Shown piece by piece: positions 1 to 9,414 of a stretch of DNA of 64,000 bases. The notes below the pieces were generated by a model that saw only the letters and a program-made list of their open reading frames with translations, was not told the origin of the DNA and did not search any database. The stretch comes from an uncultured bacterium. Its GTDB lineage: Bacteria > Verrucomicrobiota > Lentisphaeria > Victivallales > UBA1829. The stretch's first letter is position 1; every line of letters starts with the position of its first letter. The stretch spans positions 164,654-228,653 of the forward strand of contig CACYHQ010000001.1 of the NCBI GenBank assembly GCA_902774245.1, read 5' to 3'. The translations under genes were made by a program, and so were the position numbers.

Positions 1-1326
1 GATGGCGCCGGTGATCTGCCGCATGGTCTTTTCGGCGGCGGCCCGCGGACCGATGCCTTCGCGTTCCATCAGGCCCTGGCAGTTTTCGACCACCACGATG
101 GCGTCGTCGCAGAGCGAACCGACGACCAGGATCAGGCCGAACATCGTCAGGACGTTGATGCTGTAGCCGAGGGCATAGAGGAACGTCATGGTGCCGATCA
201 GGGCGACGGGGATCGCGATGGACGGGATCAGGGTGGCGCGCCAGTCCTGAAGGAAGATCCAGGTGATGAGTACGACCAGCGCCAGGGCAAGCACGATGGT
301 CGTCACGATCTCCTTCATGGAGACTTCGATGAACTCGGTCGGGTCGTAGGCGCTCGTCACGCTCACGCCCTTCGGGAAAAGCTTCTTCCAATGTTCCAGT
401 TCGGCGTTCACGCGGCCGACCGTGCCCATGGCGTTCGCGTCCGGCGTACGGTTCACGAGCAGCGCCACGCAGGGATGGCCGTTGAACACGCTGCGTCCGG
501 CGTAGGAGCTGGAGCCGACTTCGACCTTCGCGACGTCGCTGAGGCGCACGATACTGCCGTCCGAATCATGGCGCAGGACGATGTTCCCGAATTCCTCGGC
601 GGTCACGAGACGGCCCTTCACGTTCAGCTTGTACGACATGTAGCTGTTGCTCTTCTCCGTGCCGATGCTGCCCGCGGCGGCCTGGATGTTCTGCGACTGC
701 ACCGCGTTTGCGATGTCCGTGGTGGAAATGCCGAGACCGGCCATGCGGAGCGGATCCAGCCAGATGCGCATGGAGTATTCCTCCAGCGACATCACCTCGG
801 CGGAGGACACGCCGTCCAGACGCGTGATGGCGTCCTTCACGTTCACGTTGATGTAGTTGTTCAGCTCCATCATGTTCAGCGTGGATTCGTCCGTGGTGAA
901 GGCGTACACGGCAAGAATGTCGTTGCCGCGCTTCTCGACGGTGATGCCGAGCTTCGTCACGTCGGTCGGCAGCTGCGGTTCGGCGCGCTTGATGGCGTTC
1001 TGCAGGTTGACCATGGCGATGTCGGTGTCGGTGCCGCTCTTGAACGTCACGGTACAGGAGTAAGAACCGGCGTTGCTGCACGTCGAGGAGAAATACAGCA
1101 GGTCGTCCACGCCGTTGATCTGGTCTTCGATCGGCATGGCGACGGTCTGCGCGATCACCTCGCCGCTGGCGCCGGGATACATCGCGCTCACGTACAGCGA
1201 CGGCGGCGCGATCTCGGGGTATTCCGCCACCGGCAGTTTGAAGAGGCTGATCACGCCCGCCAGGACCATGATCAGGCTGATGACGATCGCGAAACGCGGC
1301 CGGTCAATAAAAATCTTGGAAAACAT
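1..1326 (-). CDS. RND multidrug efflux permease (AcrB/MexB family), N-terminal part. Start is in the window; the gene continues past the window start.
   Basis: Minus-strand translation from ATG at 1324-1326 gives MFSKIFIDRPRFAIVISLIMVLAGVISLFKLPVAEYPEIAPP, the canonical AcrB N-terminus. The frame stays open to the window edge. There is an 18-bp gap after the upstream adaptor gene. This gene is not in the supplied ORF track because it is partial. Confidence 0.85.
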   Translation of the reverse strand, partial: MFSKIFIDRPRFAIVISLIMVLAGVISLFKLPVAEYPEIAPPSLYVSAMYPGASGEVIAQTVAMPIEDQINGVDDLLYFSSTCSNAGSYSCTVTFKSGTDTDIAMVNLQNAIKRAEPQLPTDVTKLGITVEKRGNDILAVYAFTTDESTLNMMELNNYINVNVKDAITRLDGVSSAEVMSLEEYSMRIWLDPLRMAGLGISTTDIANAVQSQNIQAAAGSIGTEKSNSYMSYKLNVKGRLVTAEEFGNIVLRHDSDGSIVRLSDVAKVEVGSSSYAGRSVFNGHPCVALLVNRTPDANAMGTVGRVNAELEHWKKLFPKGVSVTSAYDPTEFIEVSMKEIVTTIVLALALVVLITWIFLQDWRATLIPSIAIPVALIGTMTFLYALGYSINVLTMFGLILVVGSLCDDAIVVVENCQGLMEREGIGPRAAAEKTMRQITGAI

Positions 1327-1344
1327 CTTATGCCGCCCCCGTGA

Positions 1345-2451
1345 TCACTTTTTCTCTTCGGGCGCGGGGACGATCTCGTCGCCGGGCATCACTTTGTGCG
1401 TACCCTGGGACACGACCTTTTCGCCGGCTTTCAGGCCGGACTTGATCAGCTGATGCGTCTTCGTCATGTCGCCCAGCTCGACCAGGCGGCGTTCGACCTT
1501 GTTTCCTTCGCCGACCACATACACAAAAGACGTCTGCGCGTCGTGCAGGACGGCGGACGGCGGGACCGCGGGCATCTTCGTCGCGCCCTTCTTCGAAAGC
1601 GTCACGGTGACCGTGCTGCCGGGGATCAGCTTCATGTCGGCATTCGGGAACGACGCGTACACCTGGATGGCGTCCGTCTTCACGTTCGCCTCGTTGTTCA
1701 GGAACTCAATCTTGCCGCCGGAGGTATATTCAAGACCGTTGGCCAACTTCAGGGAGACTTCGCCGTTTTCCTTCAGCGCGGTCAGGCTGCCGTAGCCGGA
1801 CAGGAAATCGCCCATGCTCATTGCGAAGCGCACGCGGATGGGCTGCATCTGAATGATCGAGAGCATCGTGCCGGAGGAAGGCGTGATGTAGTTACCCTCG
1901 GTGAAATTCGTTACGCCGACCAGACCGTCGATGGCGGCGGTGATCGTAGTGTGGTCCAGATTGTACTTCGCCGTGACCAGCCCTGCTTCGGCGGCGGCGA
2001 GCTCGGCACGCATGGCATCCAGCGCGGACTTCGTATTCTCCATGGTGTCCTTGCTGGTGGCGTTCACTTCGTAGAGCATCTGGTTGCGGTCGTAGGTGCT
2101 CTGCGCGTACTCAAGCCGCGCCTTGCATTCCGCGATCGTGGCCTCGGCCTGCTTCACGGCGGCCTCGTACTGCGTCTTCTCGATCGTGTACAGCATCTGG
2201 CCCTTCTTCACATAGTCGCCGTCGTTGAAGCCGAGCTTCAGGATCTCGCCGGACACGCGCGAAACAACGTTCACTTCCGCCTGCGTGACCACCTGCCCCG
2301 TGTAACGGCGGCTCTGGACATTGGCGACTTCTTCGACCGGCACGACGCCGACGACCTGTTTCACGGCCATGCCGGGCATCTGGGCGAACATGGGGATGGA
2401 GAGGGCGGCGAACGCGGCCGCGGTCAAGCTCAAAACGGACTTTCTTTTCAT
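1345..2451 (-). CDS. RND efflux membrane fusion protein (periplasmic adaptor, AcrA/MexA family)
   Basis: The 368-aa product has a signal peptide (MKRKSVLSLTAAAFAALSIPMFAQ). It also has the coiled-coil/lipoyl/beta-barrel pattern typical of HlyD/AcrA adaptors. It sits immediately upstream of the AcrB-like gene on the same strand. Confidence 0.85.
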   Translation of the reverse strand: MKRKSVLSLTAAAFAALSIPMFAQMPGMAVKQVVGVVPVEEVANVQSRRYTGQVVTQAEVNVVSRVSGEILKLGFNDGDYVKKGQMLYTIEKTQYEAAVKQAEATIAECKARLEYAQSTYDRNQMLYEVNATSKDTMENTKSALDAMRAELAAAEAGLVTAKYNLDHTTITAAIDGLVGVTNFTEGNYITPSSGTMLSIIQMQPIRVRFAMSMGDFLSGYGSLTALKENGEVSLKLANGLEYTSGGKIEFLNNEANVKTDAIQVYASFPNADMKLIPGSTVTVTLSKKGATKMPAVPPSAVLHDAQTSFVYVVGEGNKVERRLVELGDMTKTHQLIKSGLKAGEKVVSQGTHKVMPGDEIVPAPEEKK

Positions 2452-2499
2452 ATCAGGGGAACCTCCGGTTCAGTTTTTTCTTTAAGATAACATCCTATT

Positions 2500-2528
2500 A
2501 ATATATCACACTCTAATCAATTTTTCAA
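2500..2528 (-). promoter_or_regulatory. Candidate sigma70 promoter for the acrA-acrB-like operon (TTGAAA-17 bp-TATATT with an upstream TG)
   Basis: Read on the minus strand the sequence is gacTTGAAAaattgattagagtgtgaTATATTaatagg. It lies about 45 nt upstream of the adaptor ATG at 2451. The surrounding intergenic region is AT-rich. Confidence 0.4.
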
Positions 2529-2617
2529 GTCGAATTTATTACAGATTACAAATTCAAGGCAAAAAAAGGCAAAAAAAGCCGACGGGGCTGTTTTGAATAA
2601 CGGGTATGCCGCCGTGA

Positions 2618-3625
2618 TTACGGCGCAAGAAGTTCCGTCAGCGGATCAAGCTCAAACCCGGCGATGTAGCGCCCGACGTCGGTGCCGGACAGCGCCGCCC
2701 GGATGGCGTCGGCGCGATGCGGACAGCCGTTCAGCAGGGCCGCGAGGTCATCGCACGGAGCCGTCCCGAAGAAATCGCCCCGGAACGCCGCGCGACGGAT
2801 GATGCCGGCATGCACGTCCAGATGCACGGTCACGGTCCCGCCCGGGAACCGCCGTGTGCGCTCGAACATGAAGTCCGGGGATTCGCCGAAGTTCCATTCC
2901 CAGGAACGATAGCGCTCATCGGCGATCCGTTCCGCCTCGCGCATCCAGTTTTCGAGGATCGGAAGCGGTTCCTTCAAGCCGAACTGACGGAGCAGTTCGC
3001 GTTCCATTGACTGCCGGAAGGTGTCGCGGTCCGGGCCAGGCAGGAATTCGCTCAGATTTGCCACGCGCGCCCGGACGGACGCCACGCCCTTCGCCTCAAT
3101 CTTCGCCTGAGGCGGCGTCAGGACCGCCGCCATCGCCTCGAAATCGACGTCGAACAGGAGCGTACCGTGGAACAAGATACGTCCGTTGTGAACGCATTTC
3201 GCGCTGCCGGAGACCTTGCGCCCGTTCACGAGGATGTCGTTGCGTCCGGAGAACTCCGCATTCACGCCCAGCGCCCGCAGCGCAGTCAGCACGGGTTCGG
3301 CGAACGGCGCGAAGTCGATATAACGCTTGTTCGCGTCCGTCTCGAACGCGAAAATGCTGTAATTGAGGTTGCCGAGGTCGTGATAGACCGCGCCGCCGCC
3401 CGTCATGCGCCGCACGACGGCGATGCCGTGTTCGCGGGCGTACGCGGAATCGAACTCGCGGCAGGCGTTCTGGTTGCGCCCGATGATCACGGCGGGGCGG
3501 TTCCGCCACAGCATCGCGAACGGCGCGTCAGCCTGCGCGGTCATGACCTCCTCAAGGGCCAAATTGTACGCCGGATCGGTCCGTTCGTTCCAGTAATAAT
3601 CCATGACGCGCTCCATTTGCGGCAT
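2618..3625 (-). CDS. lplA: lipoate-protein ligase A
   Basis: The 335-aa product has LplA catalytic-domain motifs (RRMTGGGAVYHDLGNLNYS, GRKVSGSA) plus the C-terminal accessory domain. Confidence 0.8.
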   Translation of the reverse strand: MPQMERVMDYYWNERTDPAYNLALEEVMTAQADAPFAMLWRNRPAVIIGRNQNACREFDSAYAREHGIAVVRRMTGGGAVYHDLGNLNYSIFAFETDANKRYIDFAPFAEPVLTALRALGVNAEFSGRNDILVNGRKVSGSAKCVHNGRILFHGTLLFDVDFEAMAAVLTPPQAKIEAKGVASVRARVANLSEFLPGPDRDTFRQSMERELLRQFGLKEPLPILENWMREAERIADERYRSWEWNFGESPDFMFERTRRFPGGTVTVHLDVHAGIIRRAAFRGDFFGTAPCDDLAALLNGCPHRADAIRAALSGTDVGRYIAGFELDPLTELLAP

Positions 3626-3627
3626 TC

Positions 3628-4071
3628 TCAGACGTCCTGCTCAGGATCGTCCGGCGAGCCGTCCTGCACGGCATCATCCGCAGGGGGCAGGTCCCCGACA
3701 AGTTCCCGCATGAGCTCGTCCGGGAGTTCGATCTCCACACCGGTTTCCGCGGCAGCCGGCGCGTCCATAGATTCGGGATCTTCCCGGTCGAGTTCCGTCA
3801 GGATCTCGTCGACGGGCATGGTGTACTTTTTGCCGTTGTTGCACGCCTTGCAGCAGGGCACGATGTTGCCTTTCGTGCTGTGGCCGCCCCGGGAAAGCGG
3901 CACAATGTGGTCCATAGTCAGCTCGGACGGGGGAAACTTCCCGCCGCAGTAGTGGCAGACGCCTTTCTGAATCTGCGCCCGCCACCAGTTGGTGCGCCGG
4001 AGTTCGCGCGCCTTCGCGCGTTCCTTCGCGATCTGCGCGGGATCGACCCGCATGTCGAACCAGTCCTCCAT
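3628..4071 (-). CDS. HNH endonuclease family protein with acidic C-terminal tail
   Basis: HNH motif: CHYCGGKF...MDHIVPLSRGGHSTKGNIVPCCKACNNGK. A D/E-rich tail follows. Confidence 0.7.
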   Translation of the reverse strand: MEDWFDMRVDPAQIAKERAKARELRRTNWWRAQIQKGVCHYCGGKFPPSELTMDHIVPLSRGGHSTKGNIVPCCKACNNGKKYTMPVDEILTELDREDPESMDAPAAAETGVEIELPDELMRELVGDLPPADDAVQDGSPDDPEQDV

Positions 4072-4086
4072 CGCCCGGAATCCGCC

Positions 4087-5028
4087 TCAGGAACGGGAAT
4101 ATTTTTCCGCCAGCGCGGACCCGGCCAGGCACAGGATGAGGATCACGGGTATGACGACCAGGCCGCAGGACGCGGCGGCCGCCGCCTGCACGAGGAAGGC
4201 CGCGCGGAACGACACATGGACGGACATCTGGACGCGGGCGGGCGAGGCTCCGGTCCGGGAGACCTGGAACACCCACAGCGCGATCAGGAGATACACCGCG
4301 CACAGCAGGATCGCCAGCAGGCCGAACACCACCGGCAGGAGCGTGGTCGAATCCCGCAGGAGCCTGATCACGAAGATCAGCGGCACGATGGCGCAGCAGC
4401 ACGCGCCGGCCAGCATGGTGCGTCCGCCGGGACGTACGATCTTCGACATCGTCTCGGCGCGCGTGATCTCGTTGATGCCGCAGTAGTAGAAGAAAAGCCC
4501 GACGCCGTACAGCACCAGCAGCAGGATGCGGCGGATGGAAATGTCGGGCACGATCAGGATGCCCAGCCCGAACGTCAGGTCGCGCATGACCGCCATCATC
4601 ATGGACATGCGTTTCGGGCGGTATTTGACGTAGAAATTGTACGTGTAGATACTGATGAGCGCCACGAGCGTGACGAACGTGAAACGCCACCCGAGGCACA
4701 ACGCCGGAATGACCGCCGCCAGAAAGCACAGCTGCGCCGAATAAGACGCCGCACGCGGACTGATCACGCCGCGCGGCAGAGGCCGGTCGGGATGCTGCGT
4801 CGAGTCAATCTGGATGTCCGCGAGATCGTTCGTAATGATGCCGAAGAGCGACATGGCGAGCGAGATAAAGCAGACGGCGGCGATGGGGAAATAGCCCCTG
4901 CCCTGCTGCAGCATGCCGCCCGCGATCAGGAATCCGACCAACGGGTCGCCGGGGACGGTGAAAAGATGGGGCAGACGGACGAGCTGGAACCAGCCGCGGA
5001 GCGTTTCGTGTTTATTGGAGTTTTTCAT
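4087..5028 (-). CDS. UbiA-family aromatic prenyltransferase (polytopic membrane protein)
   Basis: Contains the NDLADIQID Asp-rich motif (NDxxDxxxD). The product has about 8-9 predicted transmembrane helices and is 313 aa. Confidence 0.75.
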   Translation of the reverse strand: MKNSNKHETLRGWFQLVRLPHLFTVPGDPLVGFLIAGGMLQQGRGYFPIAAVCFISLAMSLFGIITNDLADIQIDSTQHPDRPLPRGVISPRAASYSAQLCFLAAVIPALCLGWRFTFVTLVALISIYTYNFYVKYRPKRMSMMMAVMRDLTFGLGILIVPDISIRRILLLVLYGVGLFFYYCGINEITRAETMSKIVRPGGRTMLAGACCCAIVPLIFVIRLLRDSTTLLPVVFGLLAILLCAVYLLIALWVFQVSRTGASPARVQMSVHVSFRAAFLVQAAAAASCGLVVIPVILILCLAGSALAEKYSRS

Positions 5029-5842
5029 CTTCGGGGGGTATCCTGAAAAAACGTTTTGCGTTGGATGTCGTCAGGGTCACGGTCTTTTCCATGCTCCAGC
5101 CGCGCAGGGCGGCCAGAGAATGGGCGGTCCACGGGAGGAATCCGGGGTGGTTCTCCTGTCCGCGGAACGGAACGGGCGCGAGATAAGGGGAATCGGTTTC
5201 GAGGAGAAGGCGGTCTTCGGGGTAACGGAGGGCGAGAGCGCGGATGTTGTCCGCCTTCTTGAACGTCACCATGCCGCCGCATCCGAAGAACGCGCCGAGC
5301 GCGTCGAAACGTTCGAGGTCGGCGATGCTTCCGGCAAACGAATGGAGGACGAACTGCCCGCCTTCACGCGCGAAATCCGAAAGCAGACGATAGGCGTCGT
5401 CGTAGGCAAGCGTGCTGCCGTCGACGTCGCGCGTGTGGACGATCGCGGGCCGGTCCAGACGGAGCGCGAGGGACAGAAACGAGCGGAAGACTTCGAGCTG
5501 TTTTTCTCTCGTGTCGCGTTCGTAGTAGTAGTCCAGCCCGATCTCGCCGACCGCGGCGAACCGGGGAGCGCCGGCGAACGCTTCGAATTTCTCCGCCTCG
5601 CACGGATGCTTCACGATGTCAAGCGGATGCAATCCGGCCGCGAAAAAGACGCGGTCGAAATGCGAGGCGAACTCCGCGGCGCGGCGGCTGGACTCGAAAT
5701 CCGAGCCGCACAGCAGGATCCACGGCACCCCGGCCTCCTCCGCGCGCCGGTAGAACGCCGCTTCATCGGGGCATCCGTCGTCGCCGAGGTGGGCATGGGT
5801 GTCAAAGAGTTCGAAGTCCTGTGACATCCACTCCGGCATCAT
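5012..5842 (-). CDS. TatD-family metal-dependent hydrolase/DNase
   Basis: Motifs: FDTHAHLGD (HxH metal site), GEIGLDYYY, LETDSPYL. Its 3' end overlaps the UbiA gene start by 17 nt. The true start may instead be the MSQDF Met at 5827. Confidence 0.8.
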   Translation of the reverse strand: MMPEWMSQDFELFDTHAHLGDDGCPDEAAFYRRAEEAGVPWILLCGSDFESSRRAAEFASHFDRVFFAAGLHPLDIVKHPCEAEKFEAFAGAPRFAAVGEIGLDYYYERDTREKQLEVFRSFLSLALRLDRPAIVHTRDVDGSTLAYDDAYRLLSDFAREGGQFVLHSFAGSIADLERFDALGAFFGCGGMVTFKKADNIRALALRYPEDRLLLETDSPYLAPVPFRGQENHPGFLPWTAHSLAALRGWSMEKTVTLTTSNAKRFFRIPPEDEKLQ

Positions 5843-6150
5843 TTGTTTTTATTGCGGTTCTTCGCCTCGCTGCGTTCGAGTTTTTCCTCTTCCTCGAGGA
5901 ATTCGTCGAATTCGTCGAACTCTTCGTCGTAGTCTCTGGAACGCTCGCCGAACGCGGAGTAATCGTCGTCGTCATCGTCGTAATCGTCGTACCCGTCGTT
6001 CTCCTCGTCGTCGGTGTCGCTGAGGATGTTCGACTGCGTCAGGACGGCGCCGCATTCCGGGCAGCACCCGTCCTCGGCTTCCATCTGCTTTTCGTTGATC
6101 TCGGTATCGCAGTAGGGGCAGATCATGACCATGGTTACAGTCTCCTTCAA
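5839..6150 (-). CDS. hypothetical zinc-ribbon protein with highly acidic tail
   Basis: Contains CPYCDTE...CCPECG (a CxxC...CxxC zinc ribbon). A DDYDDDDDDY/EEFDEFDEFLEEEE tail follows. The stop overlaps the tatD start by 4 nt, so the two genes are translationally coupled. Confidence 0.5.
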   Translation of the reverse strand: MKETVTMVMICPYCDTEINEKQMEAEDGCCPECGAVLTQSNILSDTDDEENDGYDDYDDDDDDYSAFGERSRDYDEEFDEFDEFLEEEEKLERSEAKNRNKNK

Positions 6151-6242
6151 TGGGGTTCTATGAAAGCGGTTCGGAAAAACGCCCGTAATTTATACGCGGG
6201 AACCCGTTTTGTCAAACCGGTTTTGTCGTTTTTTTCGTTTTT

Positions 6243-7430
6243 TCAGCGTTTCGCCACGAAATCCGCCCAGTACGGGGAGATCGCGCGGATCTTTTCGATG
6301 ATGCCGGGCAGGACTTCCACGACCGTGTCGACGTCCTCCTGCGTGTTGTAGCGGGAGAAACTGAAACGGATCGCGCCGTGCGCCGCGGTGTAAGGCACGC
6401 CCATGGCGCGCATCACGTGCGACGGCTCCAGACTTCCGGTCGTGCACGCGCTGCCGCTGGAGGCGCAGATGCCGTGGATATCCATGTGCATCAGGATGGA
6501 TTCGCCCTCGATGTACTCGAACGACAGGTTTGTGGTGTTCGGCAGGCGGTGTTCCACGTCGCCGTTCACGCGGACGCTCGGGATGGCCGCGATCAGGCGG
6601 TTGTGCAGGTCATCGCGAAGCTTGCGGACGTAGTTGTTTTCGGTCTCGAAGTTCGCCATGGCGAGCTCGGCGGCCACGCCCATGCCCACGATGTACGGCA
6701 CGTTCTCCGTCCCGGCGCGGCGTCCGCGTTCCTGATGGCCGCCGACGACGAACGGACGGAACCGCACGCCGCGGCGCACGTACAGGGCGCCGATGCCCTT
6801 CGGGGCATGGAACTTATGGCCGGACACGCTGAGCATGTCGATGTTCATGTCGCGAAGCTTGAACGGGATCTTTCCGGCGACCTGAACGGCATCGGTATGG
6901 AAGAGCGCCCCGGCGCGGTGCGCCAGTTCGGCGAGTGCTTCCACCGGATACAGGTTGCCGGTCTCGTTGTTCGCCCACATCACGGAGACGACCGCGGTCT
7001 CTTCGTCGATCATCTCGCGGGCGCGGTCCATGTCGAGGCGGCCGAGGCTGTCAACGGGGATCTTCACCACGGTGTAGCCGCGGCGTTCGAGGTCCTTGCC
7101 GAGGTTGAGGATGGCGGGGTGCTCGACCGTGGAGATCACGATCTTGCGGCGGCGTTTCGGGCAGACGTCCAGCGCGCTCAGGATGGCGGCGTTGTCGCCT
7201 TCCGTGCCGCAGGACGTGAAGATGATCTCGCTCGGATCGGCGCCGAGGAATCCGGCGACTTTCGCGCGGCCTTCCTCGACCACTTTCGCCAGGCGGCCGC
7301 CGAACTTGTGGATGCTGGACGCGTTGCCATAGTATTCGGAGAAATACGGCAGCATGGCGGCGACGGCCTCCGGCGCGGTGCGCGTGGTGGCGTTGTTGTC
7401 CAGATAAATGACGCGTTCTTCGCCTTTCAT
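6243..7430 (-). CDS. nifS: cysteine desulfurase (NifS/IscS class I aminotransferase class V)
   Basis: Carries the SGHKFHAPKGIGALYV PLP-lysine motif and the SSGSACTTGSLEPSHV active-site cysteine loop. The product is 395 aa. Confidence 0.85.
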   Translation of the reverse strand: MKGEERVIYLDNNATTRTAPEAVAAMLPYFSEYYGNASSIHKFGGRLAKVVEEGRAKVAGFLGADPSEIIFTSCGTEGDNAAILSALDVCPKRRRKIVISTVEHPAILNLGKDLERRGYTVVKIPVDSLGRLDMDRAREMIDEETAVVSVMWANNETGNLYPVEALAELAHRAGALFHTDAVQVAGKIPFKLRDMNIDMLSVSGHKFHAPKGIGALYVRRGVRFRPFVVGGHQERGRRAGTENVPYIVGMGVAAELAMANFETENNYVRKLRDDLHNRLIAAIPSVRVNGDVEHRLPNTTNLSFEYIEGESILMHMDIHGICASSGSACTTGSLEPSHVMRAMGVPYTAAHGAIRFSFSRYNTQEDVDTVVEVLPGIIEKIRAISPYWADFVAKR

Positions 7431-7431
7431 G

Positions 7432-8313
7432 TCACGCCTCCTCGACCGTGAGCCGGTCGGACAGGAATTCGTGGAGCTTGCCCTGCACGAGTTTCCGCAG
7501 GGTCAGCTTGGAGTTCGGGCAGGTCGCGCAGACGCCGCGGAGCGTGACCTTCACGACGTCGCCGTCGAGGTCGATCAGCTCGATGCTGCCGCCGTCGCGC
7601 TCGAGCGCGGGCTTGATCTCCTTGTCGATCACTTCCTGCACCTTCAGCGCCTTCTTGACGGGCGACAGGGCGTCGAAGTCGACGGTCTGCGGCTTCTCCG
7701 TCTCGGCGGGCGCGTGGGGCGTGTGGTTCATCTCGTCGAGGATCTGCTGGATCTGGTCGAGGCAGGTCCCGCACGCGCCGCCGGCCTTGGTGTACTCGGT
7801 CACCTGGGCGACGGTGGTGAGGTGGTTCAGGCGGACGACCTTGCGAATCTTCGCATCGGTCACGCCGAAGCACTTGCAGACGATGCGGCCTTCGTGGTCG
7901 TCGGGATCGTCGTTCTTCACTTCGGGGAGCGTGAGGCCGTGCTTCTTCGCATATTCGCCGAGGGCGGCCTGAAGCGCCTCCATGCCCATCACGGAGCAGT
8001 GCATCTTTTCCTCGGGAAGCTCGCCGAGACGATCCACGATGTCGCGGTTCGTCACGCGCGCGGCCTCCTCGACGGTCATGCCGATCACGATCTCGGTCAG
8101 GATGGACGAGCTGGCGATGGCACTGGCGCAGCCGAAGGTCTTGAACTTGGCGTCCAGGATCTTGTGCGTCTTTTCGTCGATCTTGAGGAATATTCTGAGG
8201 GCGTCGCCGCAGGTCATGTTGCCGACCTCGGCCTCCGCGTCGGCGTCGGCGATCTCGCCCACGTTCCGCGGGTTCAGGAAATAATCCATGACTTTGTTGT
8301 TATAATCCCACAT
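7432..8313 (-). CDS. nifU: NifU Fe-S cluster assembly scaffold, three-domain type (IscU-like N-terminal domain, central 2Fe-2S domain, Nfu-type C-terminal domain)
   Basis: The N-terminus MWDYNNKVMDYFLNPRNVGE matches the IscU/NifU start. Internal cysteine clusters are present, and the C-terminal domain carries CATCPNS. A Shine-Dalgarno AAGGAGAG lies 7 nt upstream of the Met at 8313. The track ORF extends to 8385 with an atypical 24-aa leader. The gene's stop overlaps the nifS start. Confidence 0.8.
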   Translation of the reverse strand: MWDYNNKVMDYFLNPRNVGEIADADAEAEVGNMTCGDALRIFLKIDEKTHKILDAKFKTFGCASAIASSSILTEIVIGMTVEEAARVTNRDIVDRLGELPEEKMHCSVMGMEALQAALGEYAKKHGLTLPEVKNDDPDDHEGRIVCKCFGVTDAKIRKVVRLNHLTTVAQVTEYTKAGGACGTCLDQIQQILDEMNHTPHAPAETEKPQTVDFDALSPVKKALKVQEVIDKEIKPALERDGGSIELIDLDGDVVKVTLRGVCATCPNSKLTLRKLVQGKLHEFLSDRLTVEEA

Positions 8314-8405
8314 CGTTACTCTCCTTATGTTAAGCGGTCCGGTTTGAATTACTGTTTTGACACCGGTTCCCGCCGTTTGTTCCATGCGGTTCGTTTTCCG
8401 GCGCG

Positions 8406-9374
8406 TCAGCGGAGGCCGACGGCCTTGCGTACCTCGTCCATCGTGGCATGGGCAAGTTCGGCTGCGCGTTCTGCTCCGCGCTTCAGGACGGCGTCGACGT
8501 AGCCCGGATCGGCGAGCAGTTCCTCACGGCGTTTCCGCATCGGCGCGAAGAAGTCCATGTACGCGTCGAACAGCGCGAGCTTGGCGTGACCGTAGCCGTA
8601 GTTCCCGGCGCGGTAGCGTTCCGCCATCTCCGCCTGCTGTTCGGGCGTGGCGAAAAGCTTGTACAGCGCGAAGATCGTGCAGGTGTCCGGGTCCTTCGGC
8701 TCCTCCAGCCCCTTGGAATCGGTCTGGATGCTCATGATCTTCTTCTTGATCGCCTTCGGTTCGCCGAAAATTTCAATGGTGTTGTTGTAGCTCTTGGACA
8801 TCTTCTGTCCGTCCGTGCCGGGCACCACCGCCACTTCGCCGCTGATGTACGGTTCCGGGATCGTCAGGACGTCGCCGTACTGCTGGTTGAACCGGATCGC
8901 GATGTCACGCGTCATTTCGAGGTGCTGTTTCTGGTCCTTGCCGACCGGGACGAGGTTCGCGTGGTAGAGCAGGATGTCTGCGGCCATGAGCACGGGATAC
9001 GAGAAGAGGCCGTTGTTGGGGGCGAATCCCTTCGCTATCTTGTCCTTGTAGCTGTGGGCGCGTTCGAGCAGGCCGACGCCGGTCTGGCAGTTCAGGATCC
9101 ACATCAGCTCGCACACCACGTTCACGTCCGACTGACGGAAGAAGATGACCTTCTCCGGGTCGAGCCCGCAGGCGAGGAAATCGACCGCCACGCCGCGGAC
9201 GCGTTCGCGCAGCTCCTCGGGCTTCGGCTGGACGGTCAGCGAATGCAGGTCGGCGATGAAGACGACCGCGTCGTCGCATTCTTCCTGAAGGCGCACGGTC
9301 GAACGGATCGCTCCGAAATAGTTTCCGATATGGAGGATCCCGGAGGGCTGGATCCCGGTCAAAACTCGTTTCAT
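8406..9374 (-). CDS. trpS: tryptophan--tRNA ligase
   Basis: The product begins MKRVLTGIQPSGILHIGNY (HIGH-class motif) and has KMSKS-like KMSKSYNNT. The start was chosen at the internal Met that matches the TrpRS N-terminus. Confidence 0.85.
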   Translation of the reverse strand: MKRVLTGIQPSGILHIGNYFGAIRSTVRLQEECDDAVVFIADLHSLTVQPKPEELRERVRGVAVDFLACGLDPEKVIFFRQSDVNVVCELMWILNCQTGVGLLERAHSYKDKIAKGFAPNNGLFSYPVLMAADILLYHANLVPVGKDQKQHLEMTRDIAIRFNQQYGDVLTIPEPYISGEVAVVPGTDGQKMSKSYNNTIEIFGEPKAIKKKIMSIQTDSKGLEEPKDPDTCTIFALYKLFATPEQQAEMAERYRAGNYGYGHAKLALFDAYMDFFAPMRKRREELLADPGYVDAVLKRGAERAAELAHATMDEVRKAVGLR

Positions 9375-9414
9375 GTTCGTTGTCTTTCTTTCTGTGCCAT
9401 CCGGCACGATATGG

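Noticed and set aside
391-1344. Plus-strand 317-aa ORF at the window start
   Set aside because: It is antisense to the AcrB-like N-terminus. That N-terminus translates cleanly on the minus strand with a canonical start.
8314-8385. The 24-codon N-terminal extension of the nifU track ORF
   Set aside because: The canonical NifU/IscU N-terminus (MWDYNNKV) starts at 8313 behind a strong AAGGAGAG ribosome-binding site. The extension lacks an RBS and is not NifU-like.
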